NCBI GenBank assembly: GCA_034669905.1
Contig: JAXMOL010000007.1
Span: 1 to 64,000, forward strand
Origin: Candidatus Hydrogenedentota bacterium
GTDB taxonomy: Bacteria; Hydrogenedentota; Hydrogenedentia; Hydrogenedentales; JAEUWI01
Reading direction: 5' to 3'
DNA: 64,000 nt
Shown here one piece after another: positions 1 through 9,115 of the stretch. The notes beneath the pieces were generated by a model. The model ran no database searches, was not told the origin of the DNA, and was given only the letters and a program-made list of their open reading frames with translations. Position 1 is the stretch's first letter. Each line of letters begins with the position of its first letter. The translations under genes were made by a program, and so were the position numbers.

Positions 1-1744
1 GCTCCGGTCCGGTAAGGTCTACGCCGGCGTCCTTCAAGAGGTCGAGGGGGAATTTGGAGCCACCGCTCTTGAGAAAGTTAAGGTAGCGCTCCCGCTCTTT
101 TTTGCCGCCGTTGACCACCATTTCCGAAAGGGCGATGGCCGCCGAAATTCCTGTCGCATACTGGTAGCAGTAAAAGGCTCTGTAGAAGTGGCGGATGCGC
201 AGTCCTTCCAATTCCAGCGCATGGTCGACCACGAAACTCGGGCCGCAATAGAGTTCGAGCAAGCCGCGGTATTCCGCGCGCAAGACGTCGAGTGTGAGCG
301 GCTGGCCCGCCTCGACGATACCGTGGATAATACGTTCGAACTCGGCGAACATGGTCTGGCCGATTATTTTTCCGTGGAGGCCGTTAATTTCCTGTTCAAC
401 AAGTCGTGCCTTTTCTTGCCGGGTCTCGGCCCTGCGGATAAGGTGTCTTCCCAATAACTGCTCGTTGAAAATTGCGGCAACTTCGGCCACGAAGGTGGTG
501 TATTCGCTGTACTGGTAGGGCTGGTGTTTCGTGCTCAAGTGGCTGTGCATGCTGTGCCCCGCCTCGTGGGCGAGGTGAAACATGCAGTAGAGGGCGTCGT
601 CCCGGTAGTTCATTAAGATATACGGAGGTGCTCCGTAAGTCCCGTAGGAGAAGCCCCCGCTGCATTTTCCCTGGTTCTCGTAGCGGTCCACCCAGCGACC
701 GTCCAACAGGCCGTGGCGCAAGTACTCCACATAGCCGGCACCCAGCGGGGTCAGTGCTTCGCAAACGGTATCCACCGCTTCGCCATAGGAAATCTTTAGA
801 GAAGGCGCCTTCACGACGGGTACGTAGTTATCATATTCATGGAGTTTTTTCGTACGCAGAACCCGCCTGCGTACGTCCATGAAGTGGTGTACGGCGTCCA
901 GGTTGGCGTGCACCGTTTCCACCAGGTTGTCGTATATGGAAAGGGGAACGTTGTCGGGAAAGAGGGCGGATTCAACCGCCGAGGGGTAGTTGCGCGCCCT
1001 GGCGTGGTACACCACCTGCAACACGTTGGCGCGCAGTGTCGCCGCGAGCGTATGGGCATGGGCCTCATATTCTTTGTAGTAGGCGGTAAATACCTGCTTT
1101 CGCACCGCCCGGCCGGAAGATTTCAGCAGGCTGTAGTAGGAATTGTGGGTTAAGGCCACCTGGGCGCCGGAATCATCCGTCACAAATCCAAAGGACATGT
1201 CGGCATCATTCAACTGCTCGAAAATCGCGGGCGCGGAACGGGCCATTTCGCCGAACATGGCCAGCAAGCGTTCCTCTTTTTCCGGAAGGGTATGGGGCCG
1301 ACAGCGGAGCCGTTTCTCCATCGAGAATCGATACTCCGCCAGCAGCGGGTGCGCCATGAGTTTGGCCAGTTTACGCGGGGGTATGGCCAGCAGTTCCGGC
1401 GTGATGAAGCTCGCTACTTCGGTGGCGTGGGTCGCAAGGTGCGCGTGGCGGGCGAGCATGCCCTGGTAGGCGACTTGGGTAACATCCTGACTGTTCTTCA
1501 GAAACGCGTAGACCGCCAGGCGTTCCAACCGCATCTCAAACTCGCCTTCAAATTCCAGGCAGGCTCGCAAACCCTGTGGCGAACGCCCGAGCGCGCCCCG
1601 AAACCCTTCGAAGGTGGGAATCCTGCTCTCCAGCTTCTTGTAGCTTCTTTCCCAGGCGGCGTCAGACGTAAATAGCTTCGTCAAGTCCCAGGTGTCTTCG
1701 ACCTTCATCGCTTCCCGTAAGGGAACAGTCTTCCGTTGTCCCAT
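1..1744 (-). CDS. pepF: Oligoendopeptidase F (M3B), second tandem paralog; 3' end runs off the window
   Basis: Not in the ORF track. Manual translation from ATG 1744 (MGQRKTVPLREAMKVEDTWDLTK...) stays open to base 1 and is colinear with the adjacent pepF at a constant 2041-bp offset. HEAGHSMH zinc motif and FVAEVA retained. Confidence 0.9.
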   Translation of the reverse strand, partial: MGQRKTVPLREAMKVEDTWDLTKLFTSDAAWERSYKKLESRIPTFEGFRGALGRSPQGLRACLEFEGEFEMRLERLAVYAFLKNSQDVTQVAYQGMLARHAHLATHATEVASFITPELLAIPPRKLAKLMAHPLLAEYRFSMEKRLRCRPHTLPEKEERLLAMFGEMARSAPAIFEQLNDADMSFGFVTDDSGAQVALTHNSYYSLLKSSGRAVRKQVFTAYYKEYEAHAHTLAATLRANVLQVVYHARARNYPSAVESALFPDNVPLSIYDNLVETVHANLDAVHHFMDVRRRVLRTKKLHEYDNYVPVVKAPSLKISYGEAVDTVCEALTPLGAGYVEYLRHGLLDGRWVDRYENQGKCSGGFSYGTYGAPPYILMNYRDDALYCMFHLAHEAGHSMHSHLSTKHQPYQYSEYTTFVAEVAAIFNEQLLGRHLIRRAETRQEKARLVEQEINGLHGKIIGQTMFAEFERIIHGIVEAGQPLTLDVLRAEYRGLLELYCGPSFVVDHALELEGLRIRHFYRAFYCYQYATGISAAIALSEMVVNGGKKERERYLNFLKSGGSKFPLDLLKDAGVDLTGPE

Positions 1745-1979
1745 GTGCACCTGCCCTCACTCTCTCCACCCGGGGGTTCCGGTGTGGAGAGGTAGTATAG
1801 GGCTTATGCAATGGGATGTCGAATCCAAGGACGGTTGAAATGGGCCTTCGCTGCGCGAACTGCCCCTGAGCTTATACGTACCCCTGGGAGCAACGTCTTC
1901 CTGGATGGGTTGCGCCATCACCTGCAGTCTCTTCGCCGCAATGAAAGAAACCGCAGATGAGGCGTCCCACCAGTCTCCG

Positions 1980-3785
1980 CTAAATCAAGGTCTCCAGTTC
2001 GTCTACCAGCACGGCAAAGCGATTCATCGCCGCTTCCACGGGCTCCGGTCCGGTAAGGTCTACGCCGGCGTCCTTCAAGAGGTCGAGGGGGAATTTGGAG
2101 CCACCGCTCTTGAGAAAGTTAAGGTAGCGCTCCCGCTCTTTTTTGCCGCCGTTGACCACCATTTCCGACAGTGCGATGGCGGCGGAAAGGCCGGTGGCGT
2201 ATTTGTAAACGTAGAAGGCATTGTAGAAGTGGGGGATGCGCAGGCCTTCGAGCTCCAGGGCTTCATCGATGACAAAGCTGGGACCGAAGTAACGCTCCAG
2301 GAGGCAGCGGTATTGAGCGCGGAGCACGTCGAGGGTGAGGGGTTGGCCTTCCTCGGCGATGGCGTGGATGATCTGCTCAAACTCGGCGAACATGGTCTGG
2401 CGGATGATGGTGCCGCGGATTTCTTCAATCTCTTTGTTGATGAGGCGGGCCTTTTCGATTTTCGTGGTCGCCTGCTCAAAGAGGTGCTTGCCCAGAAGTT
2501 GTTCGTTAAACGTGGACGCCACCTCGGCCACGAAGATGGTGTAGTGGCTGTAGTGGTAGGGCTGATTCTTTGCGCTGTAGTGGGTGTGCATGCTGTGGCC
2601 CGCTTCGTGGGCCAGGGTAAACATGCTGTCGAGCACATCTTCCTTGTAGTTCATCATGATGTAGGGCGGCGTGCCGTAGGCACCATAGGAGAAGGCCCCG
2701 CTCCGCTTGCCCTGGTTTTCATAACGGTCCACCCACCGTCCTTCGAGGAGTCCCTTGCGCATGAAGTTCACATACCCATCGCCTAGCGGTGCGAGGGAAT
2801 CGCAGATGTGCCCCACGGCCTCGTCATAGGGGATATTGACCTTGGGCGTTTTTACGATGGGCACATAGGTGTCATAGGCCCGGAGCTCTTTGACGCGCAA
2901 CGCCTTCTTCCGCAATTCCATGTAGCGATAAAGGGGGTCCAGGTTGTTGTTGACCGTTTCGATGAGACTGTCATAGACCGCAAGGGGTACATTGTCGGAA
3001 AAGAGCGCGCCTTCAATCGCCGAAGGATAATTGCGCACCTTGGACTGGTAGACATCCTGCAAGACACTGGCGCTGAGGGTGGCGGCCAGGGTGTTGCCGT
3101 GGTCGTCGTACTCTTTGTAAAACTTGGTGAAGGCATCCTTGCGCACCGCGCGACGGGGCGATTCCAGGAGGCTGCGGAAAGAGCTCTGAGTCAACTCCAC
3201 GTTGGTGCCGGTTTCGTCTTTCACCACGCCAAAGCTCATGTCGGCGTCGTTCAGTTGGCCAAAGATGTTGGAGGCCGACCCGGCCACCTCGCCCTGCATG
3301 GCGAGCAGCCGCTCTTCCGATTCGGAAAGGATGTGGGGCCGGTAGCGGGCGAGCTTCTGGAGTTGGAAACGGTGCTCCTGCAGCAGCGGGTGTTTGATGA
3401 ATTCGTTCATCTTCTTCTTGGGGATGGCCTGCATTTCCGGCGCGATAAAGCTCGCCGTCTCGCCCGCAATGGTCGCGAGATAGGTAAAGCGTGCGATCAT
3501 GCCCTGGTAGGTGCTGTTGGAGACATCCTCCGTACTCTTCAGATAGGCATAGACGCCCAACCGTTCGGCCAGCTTTTCAAACTCGGCCTCAAATTCGAGG
3601 CACGCCAGGATGTTCTTGGCGGAACGGCCCAATTTTCCCCGGAAGGTTTCGAAGGTGGGAATCATCTTCTCCAGCTTCGCGTAGCCCTTGTCCCAGGCCG
3701 CGTCCGTCTTGAAGACTTTCGTCAGATCCCACGTATCTTCCAGTTTTACCTTATCCCGCTGGGGAATCATCTTTTGCTTACCCAT
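1980..3785 (-). CDS. pepF: Oligoendopeptidase F (M3B metallopeptidase)
   Basis: TWDL N-terminus, KRSGAFS, HEAGHSMH, FVAEVASTFNE, RIPHFY..FYVYKYATG. Start placed at MGKQK (3785) by alignment with the paralog. Confidence 0.95.
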   Translation of the reverse strand: MGKQKMIPQRDKVKLEDTWDLTKVFKTDAAWDKGYAKLEKMIPTFETFRGKLGRSAKNILACLEFEAEFEKLAERLGVYAYLKSTEDVSNSTYQGMIARFTYLATIAGETASFIAPEMQAIPKKKMNEFIKHPLLQEHRFQLQKLARYRPHILSESEERLLAMQGEVAGSASNIFGQLNDADMSFGVVKDETGTNVELTQSSFRSLLESPRRAVRKDAFTKFYKEYDDHGNTLAATLSASVLQDVYQSKVRNYPSAIEGALFSDNVPLAVYDSLIETVNNNLDPLYRYMELRKKALRVKELRAYDTYVPIVKTPKVNIPYDEAVGHICDSLAPLGDGYVNFMRKGLLEGRWVDRYENQGKRSGAFSYGAYGTPPYIMMNYKEDVLDSMFTLAHEAGHSMHTHYSAKNQPYHYSHYTIFVAEVASTFNEQLLGKHLFEQATTKIEKARLINKEIEEIRGTIIRQTMFAEFEQIIHAIAEEGQPLTLDVLRAQYRCLLERYFGPSFVIDEALELEGLRIPHFYNAFYVYKYATGLSAAIALSEMVVNGGKKERERYLNFLKSGGSKFPLDLLKDAGVDLTGPEPVEAAMNRFAVLVDELETLI

Positions 3786-4086
3786 GAAACATCCTTTGTT
3801 TTTTTGGCTGCCAATCGTGATGCCTAGTATAGGGGGCGTCTGGCGACAAAATAAACCCCGCATGATATCTGCAGAATACCCCTCGCACGAAACCAAACAT
3901 GGTATATGATCGGACGCAATCCCTTGGACCCTCGTAACACCCTCCTCGTGGCACGGTCTTACGGTGTTCCAAGGCTATGTTCCTTTCACAGGCGGGTGCC
4001 GCTATTATTGAAATGACTGCTCTCCGATGGAGACGACACGCGTTTACCCAACACAATAGTGTTTCAAGAATTCTCAAGGAGCCACT

Positions 4087-4845
4087 ATGGATGACATGTC
4101 CCTGCTCATCGACTTTCATCGGGACGCCCCACGACAAGGGCCCGGCAGCGATGAAGAAACACTTCGTGCACTTGCTTTGGCGAGGCTGGAGGTCACACGC
4201 CCTCTGCAGATCGCCGATATCGGGTGTGGAACGGGTGCGGCCAGTCGCGTACTCGCGAAACATCTTCCTGGAAGGATCACAGCGGTGGACTTGCTTCCCG
4301 AGTTCCTGGATGCGCTTTGGGCCCGGGCATCTGCAGCGGGGGTGTCCGATCGAATTCAGACGATGCAGGCATCCATGGAGCGTCTGCCCTTCGGCGAGGA
4401 AAGCCTTGATCTGATCTGGTCCGAAGGTGCCATATACAACATGGGCTTCGAGGCAGGAATTGCCGCCTGGCGGCGATTTCTCAAGCCAGGCGGTGTGCTC
4501 GTGGTCTCGGAGATCACGTGGATTTCTGCGTCCCGCCCTGAGGCACTCCGCGCCTATTGGGAAGCCGCCTACCCGGAGATAGGCGAGGCATCGGAAAAGG
4601 TGGGCGCGTTGGAGCGACACGGTTACCATCCACAGGGTTACTTCATACTCCCCGAATCCTGCTGGTTGACCAACTACTACGCCCCGATGGAAGCGCGCTT
4701 CGACGATTTTCTGGCCCGCCACGGGTATAACGAGGCCGCCCGGGCCCTGGTGGAGGAAGAACGGGCAGAGATCGCGTTGTATAACGCCAACAAGGCGTTC
4801 TATGGCTATGGGGTCTACATTGCCCGGAAACCGGTATCGTCGTAG
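4087..4845 (+). CDS. Class I SAM-dependent methyltransferase
   Basis: IADIGCGTG motif I, DLIWSEGAIY, LKPGG; AAGGAG RBS upstream. Confidence 0.9.
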   Translation: MDDMSLLIDFHRDAPRQGPGSDEETLRALALARLEVTRPLQIADIGCGTGAASRVLAKHLPGRITAVDLLPEFLDALWARASAAGVSDRIQTMQASMERLPFGEESLDLIWSEGAIYNMGFEAGIAAWRRFLKPGGVLVVSEITWISASRPEALRAYWEAAYPEIGEASEKVGALERHGYHPQGYFILPESCWLTNYYAPMEARFDDFLARHGYNEAARALVEEERAEIALYNANKAFYGYGVYIARKPVSS

Positions 4846-4966
4846 GGAGGATGCTATAATCCTGCTTCGCGCCCACGGCCATGGGAGACTTTATCTGTCC
4901 CCCTCCGCCGCGTTACAATTCCCGCTTCCACCTAATCCCTCAAAAGCATCAGGACACTCTATTCGT

Positions 4967-6439
4967 ATGGAACAGACCGACTACCGGGCACTTATGGCCC
5001 GCTTCGACCAACTTCGTATTCTGGCCGTCGGCGATATTTATCTCGACGAAAACGTATCCGGCCGGGTGACGGAAGTCAGCCTGGAAGCCCCCATCCCCGT
5101 CTACGAAGTGCACCAGCGACGCTACAATCCCGGTGCCGCGGGCAATGCCGCCTGTAATGCCGCATCCCTGGGCGGACAGGTGACCATGGTGGGCGTGATT
5201 GGAGACGACGTCAACGCGGGGATCGTCAAGCGGGAATTTGAGGCGCGCAAGGTCAACACGGAGCACATCGTCGTCGACCCGGCCCGCGCCACCAGCACCT
5301 ACGGAAAGCTCCGGGCAGGCGGACACAACATCCCCACCCAGGAAGTATTGCGCACCGATACGCCCAAGCCCACCCTCCTCGAGGGGGACATCGAGGCCCA
5401 GGTGATTGCAAAGATTGAGGCCCTGGCCCCCGAGATGGATGCCATCCTCATTGGCGACCAGGTGGTGTCGACCATTACGGAAAAGATTTTGAAGTGCATC
5501 GTGGCCTGCGCCGAGAAATACAATCTCGTTACCGTGGCCGACTCGCGAGACCGTGCGGACTTCTTCCACGGTGTGGATATCGTCGTGCCCAATGATGCCG
5601 AAGCCGGTAAAGCCGCGGGCGTAGACCCGGAGACGGAAGAGGGCCTCCTCGCCGCCGGTAAGCACCTTCTTCAGTCGGCAAAGAACGCCTTCGTGACCCG
5701 TGGGCCCCACGGCATCGAAGTCTTTGCGGCCGATGGTTCCGTCGAGAATGTGGCCATTCGCCCCGTGAAGGCCGTGGACGTGACCGGTGCGGGGGATACC
5801 GTCGCCGCCATGGTGACCCTGGCCCGCGCGGCGGGTGCCAGTCTCCACGATGCCGCCTTCCTCGGTAATATGGCCGCCGGCATTGCGGTCGTGCAGGAAG
5901 GTGTCGTCACCGTGAGCCGTGCCGAAGTGGAAGACGCCCTCTACGGCGACCACGGCCCCGCCAAACTCAAGACCGTCGCCCAACTGGAACCGGTTATGGC
6001 GAAGCTCAAGAAAGACGGCAAGAAAGTCGTCTGGACCAATGGCTGTTTCGACATCCTCCACGTGGGACACATCACCTACCTCATCGCGGCCCGGCAACAG
6101 GGCGACGTGCTGGTGGTGGGGCTGAATACCGATAAATCCGTCCGGGAGAACAAGGGGCCCGACCGCCCCGTGGTTAACGAACGGGACCGGGCGACGGTAT
6201 TGTCGGCCCTGGAATGCGTGGACTACGTCGTCCTCTTCGACGACAAAACGCCCATGCCCCTGCTCGATGCCCTCGAGCCCGACGTATACGCCAAAGGCGG
6301 CGACTACACCATCGACACCATCGTGCAAGAAGAGCGCCACCTGGTAGAAGGCTACGGCGGCCGCATCGCCATCATCCCCGGCGTCGAAGGCCACAGCACG
6401 ACGAATATCATCGACAAGATTACGGAAGAGAAGCGGTAG
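4967..6439 (+). CDS. hldE: Bifunctional heptose 7-phosphate kinase / heptose 1-phosphate adenylyltransferase
   Basis: N-terminal PfkB kinase (VGDIYLD, EAPIPV, PGAAGNAACN, DVTGAGD) fused to an adenylyltransferase domain (TNGCFDILHVGH, KGGDY, STTNII). Start at MEQTDY. Confidence 0.92.
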   Translation: MEQTDYRALMARFDQLRILAVGDIYLDENVSGRVTEVSLEAPIPVYEVHQRRYNPGAAGNAACNAASLGGQVTMVGVIGDDVNAGIVKREFEARKVNTEHIVVDPARATSTYGKLRAGGHNIPTQEVLRTDTPKPTLLEGDIEAQVIAKIEALAPEMDAILIGDQVVSTITEKILKCIVACAEKYNLVTVADSRDRADFFHGVDIVVPNDAEAGKAAGVDPETEEGLLAAGKHLLQSAKNAFVTRGPHGIEVFAADGSVENVAIRPVKAVDVTGAGDTVAAMVTLARAAGASLHDAAFLGNMAAGIAVVQEGVVTVSRAEVEDALYGDHGPAKLKTVAQLEPVMAKLKKDGKKVVWTNGCFDILHVGHITYLIAARQQGDVLVVGLNTDKSVRENKGPDRPVVNERDRATVLSALECVDYVVLFDDKTPMPLLDALEPDVYAKGGDYTIDTIVQEERHLVEGYGGRIAIIPGVEGHSTTNIIDKITEEKR

Positions 6440-6480
6440 GGGAGACTTATCCCACATCGGGAATGTAGTCCCATTTCACC

Positions 6481-6750
6481 GTGCCGCGCGATCCTGCCCT
6501 TCATGGGGCGTAAGCCCCGTTAAGGACAGGTTCGTGCGAAGTGATGAGCCGCCCCTCACGGTATCCAGTTCGCCACCCAGGTTGTTGTTTCACACCCCAC
6601 GCACGACAAGGAACTACTTCCGTGCCGCGCGATCCTGCCCTTCATGGGGCGTAAGCCCCGTTAAGGACAGGTTCGTGCGAAGTGATGAGCCGCCCCTCAC
6701 GGTATCCAGTTCGCCACCCAAGTTGTTGTTTCACACCCCACGCACGACTG
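6481..6750. repeat. REP family A, left array: two internally deleted units, 141-bp period
   Basis: Near-identical units start GTGCCGCGCGATCCTGCCCTTCATGGGGC at 6481 and 6622; each forms an imperfect ~25-bp hairpin. Confidence 0.9.
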
Positions 6751-6783
6751 GGAACCAAGCGGTGGTCGTATCAAAGAGTTGAT

Positions 6784-7344
6784 TCACTCCAACGACACCC
6801 GATCTATACGAAGTGGCCCACTGCCTTCTGCCTCCCACTCCTGCGCACTGGTTCAATTCCAATCTTCTGCCTTTTCACACAACCCTGCCCGGACAGGGTT
6901 CTCGTGAACGTACTTTCCGATTTCGTAGGCAGCTTCACGGGTGTCGATATTCACATCATAGCCATTGCCCTGCTGCCAGAACCGATAGGGAGTGTCCTTT
7001 TGTCCCGTTTCCAATAGCCGAAGGCCAGCCGGATTCTGAGTTCGTAAATAATGGAGTGCACGGCGGGACACGGAGAGTTTAATCGCCGTCTCAATCTTCC
7101 CCATGTCGTATTCTTCTTCAAGAGGGAACAGCAGCAGGTGGACGTGGTTGGGCATGATGACGTAGGCCCAGAGATGAAAATTGAAACGTACCCGGGCTTT
7201 CTCCAATGCCGCGATTACATAGCGTCGTGTACGGTCGCGGGAAAGAAAGGGGCGTTTCTGGAAACAGGAAATGGTGAGATAGTGCGCTTCACCAGGCGTG
7301 TTTTGGAAGCGGACCGTCCTTTTGTGAATTTCCTGATCGTCCAA
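6784..7344 (-). mobile_element. REP-associated tyrosine transposase (RAYT / TnpA-REP, Y1 HUH) with an in-frame TGA at 6853-6855
   Basis: HYLTISC, WAYVIMPNHVHLL (HUH), FWQ, YVHENPVRAGL (catalytic Tyr). After EDWN a TGA falls where the W-x-W-S-S motif expects Trp; the frame continues 22 codons to a TGA at 6784-6786. Confidence 0.9.
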
Positions 7345-7382
7345 TGCAGCGGCCTCATCTGCTTCAAATTGATACCCTGTGT

Positions 7383-7411
7383 AGACTAAACGGATTGTAT
7401 ATATCGGTCAA
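7383..7411 (-). promoter_or_regulatory. Putative sigma70 promoter of the RAYT gene
   Basis: Minus strand TTGACC-17 bp-TAGTCT, about 40 bp upstream of the start. Confidence 0.55.
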
Positions 7412-7440
7412 GTGTGTTAGTCCGGAAGGGATTTAGCACC

Positions 7441-8083
7441 GTGCCGCGCGATCCTGCCCTTCATGGGGCGTAGGCCCCGTTAAGGGCAGGTTCGTGCGAT
7501 GTGACGAGCGGCCCCTCACGGTATCCAATTCGCCACCCAAGTCGTTGTTTCACACCCCACGCACGAACCCTCGTTCCTCGGGATCGCGCGGCACGACTAG
7601 GGTGCACAGGCCGACTGCACCAACACCTGGATTCGGCTAAGGTTACTTCTCTTCCCACCCACGATAAGGAACTACTTCCGTGCCGCGCGATCCTGCCCTT
7701 CATGGGGCGTAGGCCCCGTCAAGGGCAGGTTCGTGCGAAGTGACGAGCCGCCCCTCAGGGTATCCAGTTCGCCACCCAAGTTGTTGTTTCACACCCCACG
7801 CACGAACCCTCGTTCCTCGTGATCGCGCGGCACGACTGGGGTGCACTGGCCGACTGCACCAACACCTGGATTCGGCTAAGGTTACTTCGCTTCCCACCCA
7901 CGACAAGGAACTACTTCCGTGCCGCGCGATCCTGCCCTTCATGGGGCGCAAGCCCCGTCAAGGGCAGGTTCGTGCGAAGTGACGAGCCGCCCCTCAGGGT
8001 ATCCAGTTCGCCACCCAAGTTATTTGTTTCACACCCCACGCACGAATCCTCGTTCCTCGTTATCGCGCGGCACGACTGGGGTG
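7441..8083. repeat. REP family A, right array: about 2.7 tandem REP-doublet (REPIN/BIME-like) units, 239-bp period
   Basis: Units start at 7441, 7680 and 7919. Each has a long REP plus an inverted short REP ending ...ATCGCGCGGCAC (7594, 7833, 8073). Confidence 0.92.
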
Positions 8084-8136
8084 GTCCAGTATGGTGAGGC
8101 TGGACTTTGGCAGGGAAATCCTCCCAAGCCAAATAC

Positions 8137-8165
8137 TTGACATATCAACTAATCCATGGTACAGT
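8137..8165 (+). promoter_or_regulatory. sigma70 promoter of pirin, -35 overlapped by an imperfect operator
   Basis: TTGACA (8137-8142)-17 bp-TACAGT (8160-8165). Confidence 0.75.
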
Positions 8166-8228
8166 TGATTTAGAAGCCGCCGAGGGGTTGCGCCCTGCAG
8201 TCCGCCCGGTGGCCTTTTTAATGAGCAA

Positions 8229-8248
8229 TTAGTTGATATATCAACTAA
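8229..8248. promoter_or_regulatory. Perfect 20-bp palindromic operator
   Basis: TTAGTTGATA|TATCAACTAA; a near-copy TACTTGACATATCAACTAA lies at 8134-8152. Confidence 0.75.
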
Positions 8249-8274
8249 CGGCCCCAACCAAAGGAGATTGCACG

Positions 8275-8973
8275 ATGCTGAAACTTCGTAAAGCCAACGA
8301 GCGCGGCCATGCCAACCATGGATGGCTTGATACCCACCATAGCTTCTCCTTCGGGCGCTACATCGACCGGGCGCACATGGGGTTCCGCAGCCTGCGGGTG
8401 ATTAATGATGATGTCATCGCGGGCGGCGCGGGCTTCCCACCCCATGGGCACGAGAACATGGAGATCATTTCTTATGTGACCCAAGGTGCCCTGGAGCACA
8501 AGGACAGCATGGGCAATGGCTCCGTCATTCGTCCGGGCGATGTGCAGATTATGTCGGCCGGCACGGGGGTGGAGCATTCGGAATTCAATCACCTGAAAGC
8601 TGAGCCGACCCATCTTTTTCAGATTTGGATTCACCCCCGGGAAGGCGGACTGACGCCCAATTACGCAGAGAAACATTTTGAAGACGAGACCTTGGAAAAT
8701 CAGTTGCGACTCATCGTCTCTCCCGATGGGCGGGACGGCTCTCTGGTGATTCAGCAGGACGCCGAAATCTACGCAGCAAAACTAAAGCCGGGTGCGTCGG
8801 TGGCGCACACCCTGGGCGATGGCCGACATGCCTGGGTTCAGGTATTGTCTGGCCGTATCACGCTCAACGGCGAGACACTCGAACAGGGCGACGGGGTCGC
8901 GGTCAGCGACGAGGTTGCACTGACATTGGCCGCGACAGACGACGCCGAAGTGTTGCTCTTCGATTTGGCGTGA
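8275..8973 (+). CDS. Pirin family protein (YhhW-like)
   Basis: RGHANHGWL..HSFSF, LRVINDD, GFPPHGHENMEI, HKDSMGN, MSAGTGVEHSE; AAGGAG RBS. Confidence 0.95.
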   Translation: MLKLRKANERGHANHGWLDTHHSFSFGRYIDRAHMGFRSLRVINDDVIAGGAGFPPHGHENMEIISYVTQGALEHKDSMGNGSVIRPGDVQIMSAGTGVEHSEFNHLKAEPTHLFQIWIHPREGGLTPNYAEKHFEDETLENQLRLIVSPDGRDGSLVIQQDAEIYAAKLKPGASVAHTLGDGRHAWVQVLSGRITLNGETLEQGDGVAVSDEVALTLAATDDAEVLLFDLA

Positions 8974-9115
8974 GTTATTGCGGTCTGCTGTAGCGGCATG
9001 ATGTGCCGCTACAAACATGAGTGTTGAGATGGTCGGCGTGTGGGGGAGTCAACGCCCTTCGATGGCGCGGCTCCCCGCACGTCGGCAACGCAAGTGACGC
9101 ATGACGATGCAGCCG

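Noticed and set aside
1..1744. pepF pseudogene (only short fragments appear in the ORF track)
   Set aside because: Manual translation gives a continuous frame; it is missing from the track most likely because its stop lies outside the window.
6853..6855. TGA reassigned to Trp (alternative genetic code)
   Set aside because: Clear genes in the window (pirin, hslV, yidC, both PEP-CTERM genes) terminate at TGA.
6481..8083. CRISPR array
   Set aside because: Units are 141-239 bp, the intervening sequences are conserved rather than unique, and no cas genes are present.
7461..8140. Repeated ~80-aa ORFs on both strands as small-protein or toxin genes
   Set aside because: They are translations of the REP units, with no RBS or recognisable domain. 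The same applies to ORFs in 10902-11622 and 12898-13297.
8989..9086. Hairpins between pirin and ltaE as an ncRNA or REP
   Set aside because: Single-copy in the window and most simply explained as termination or stabilising stems between convergent genes.
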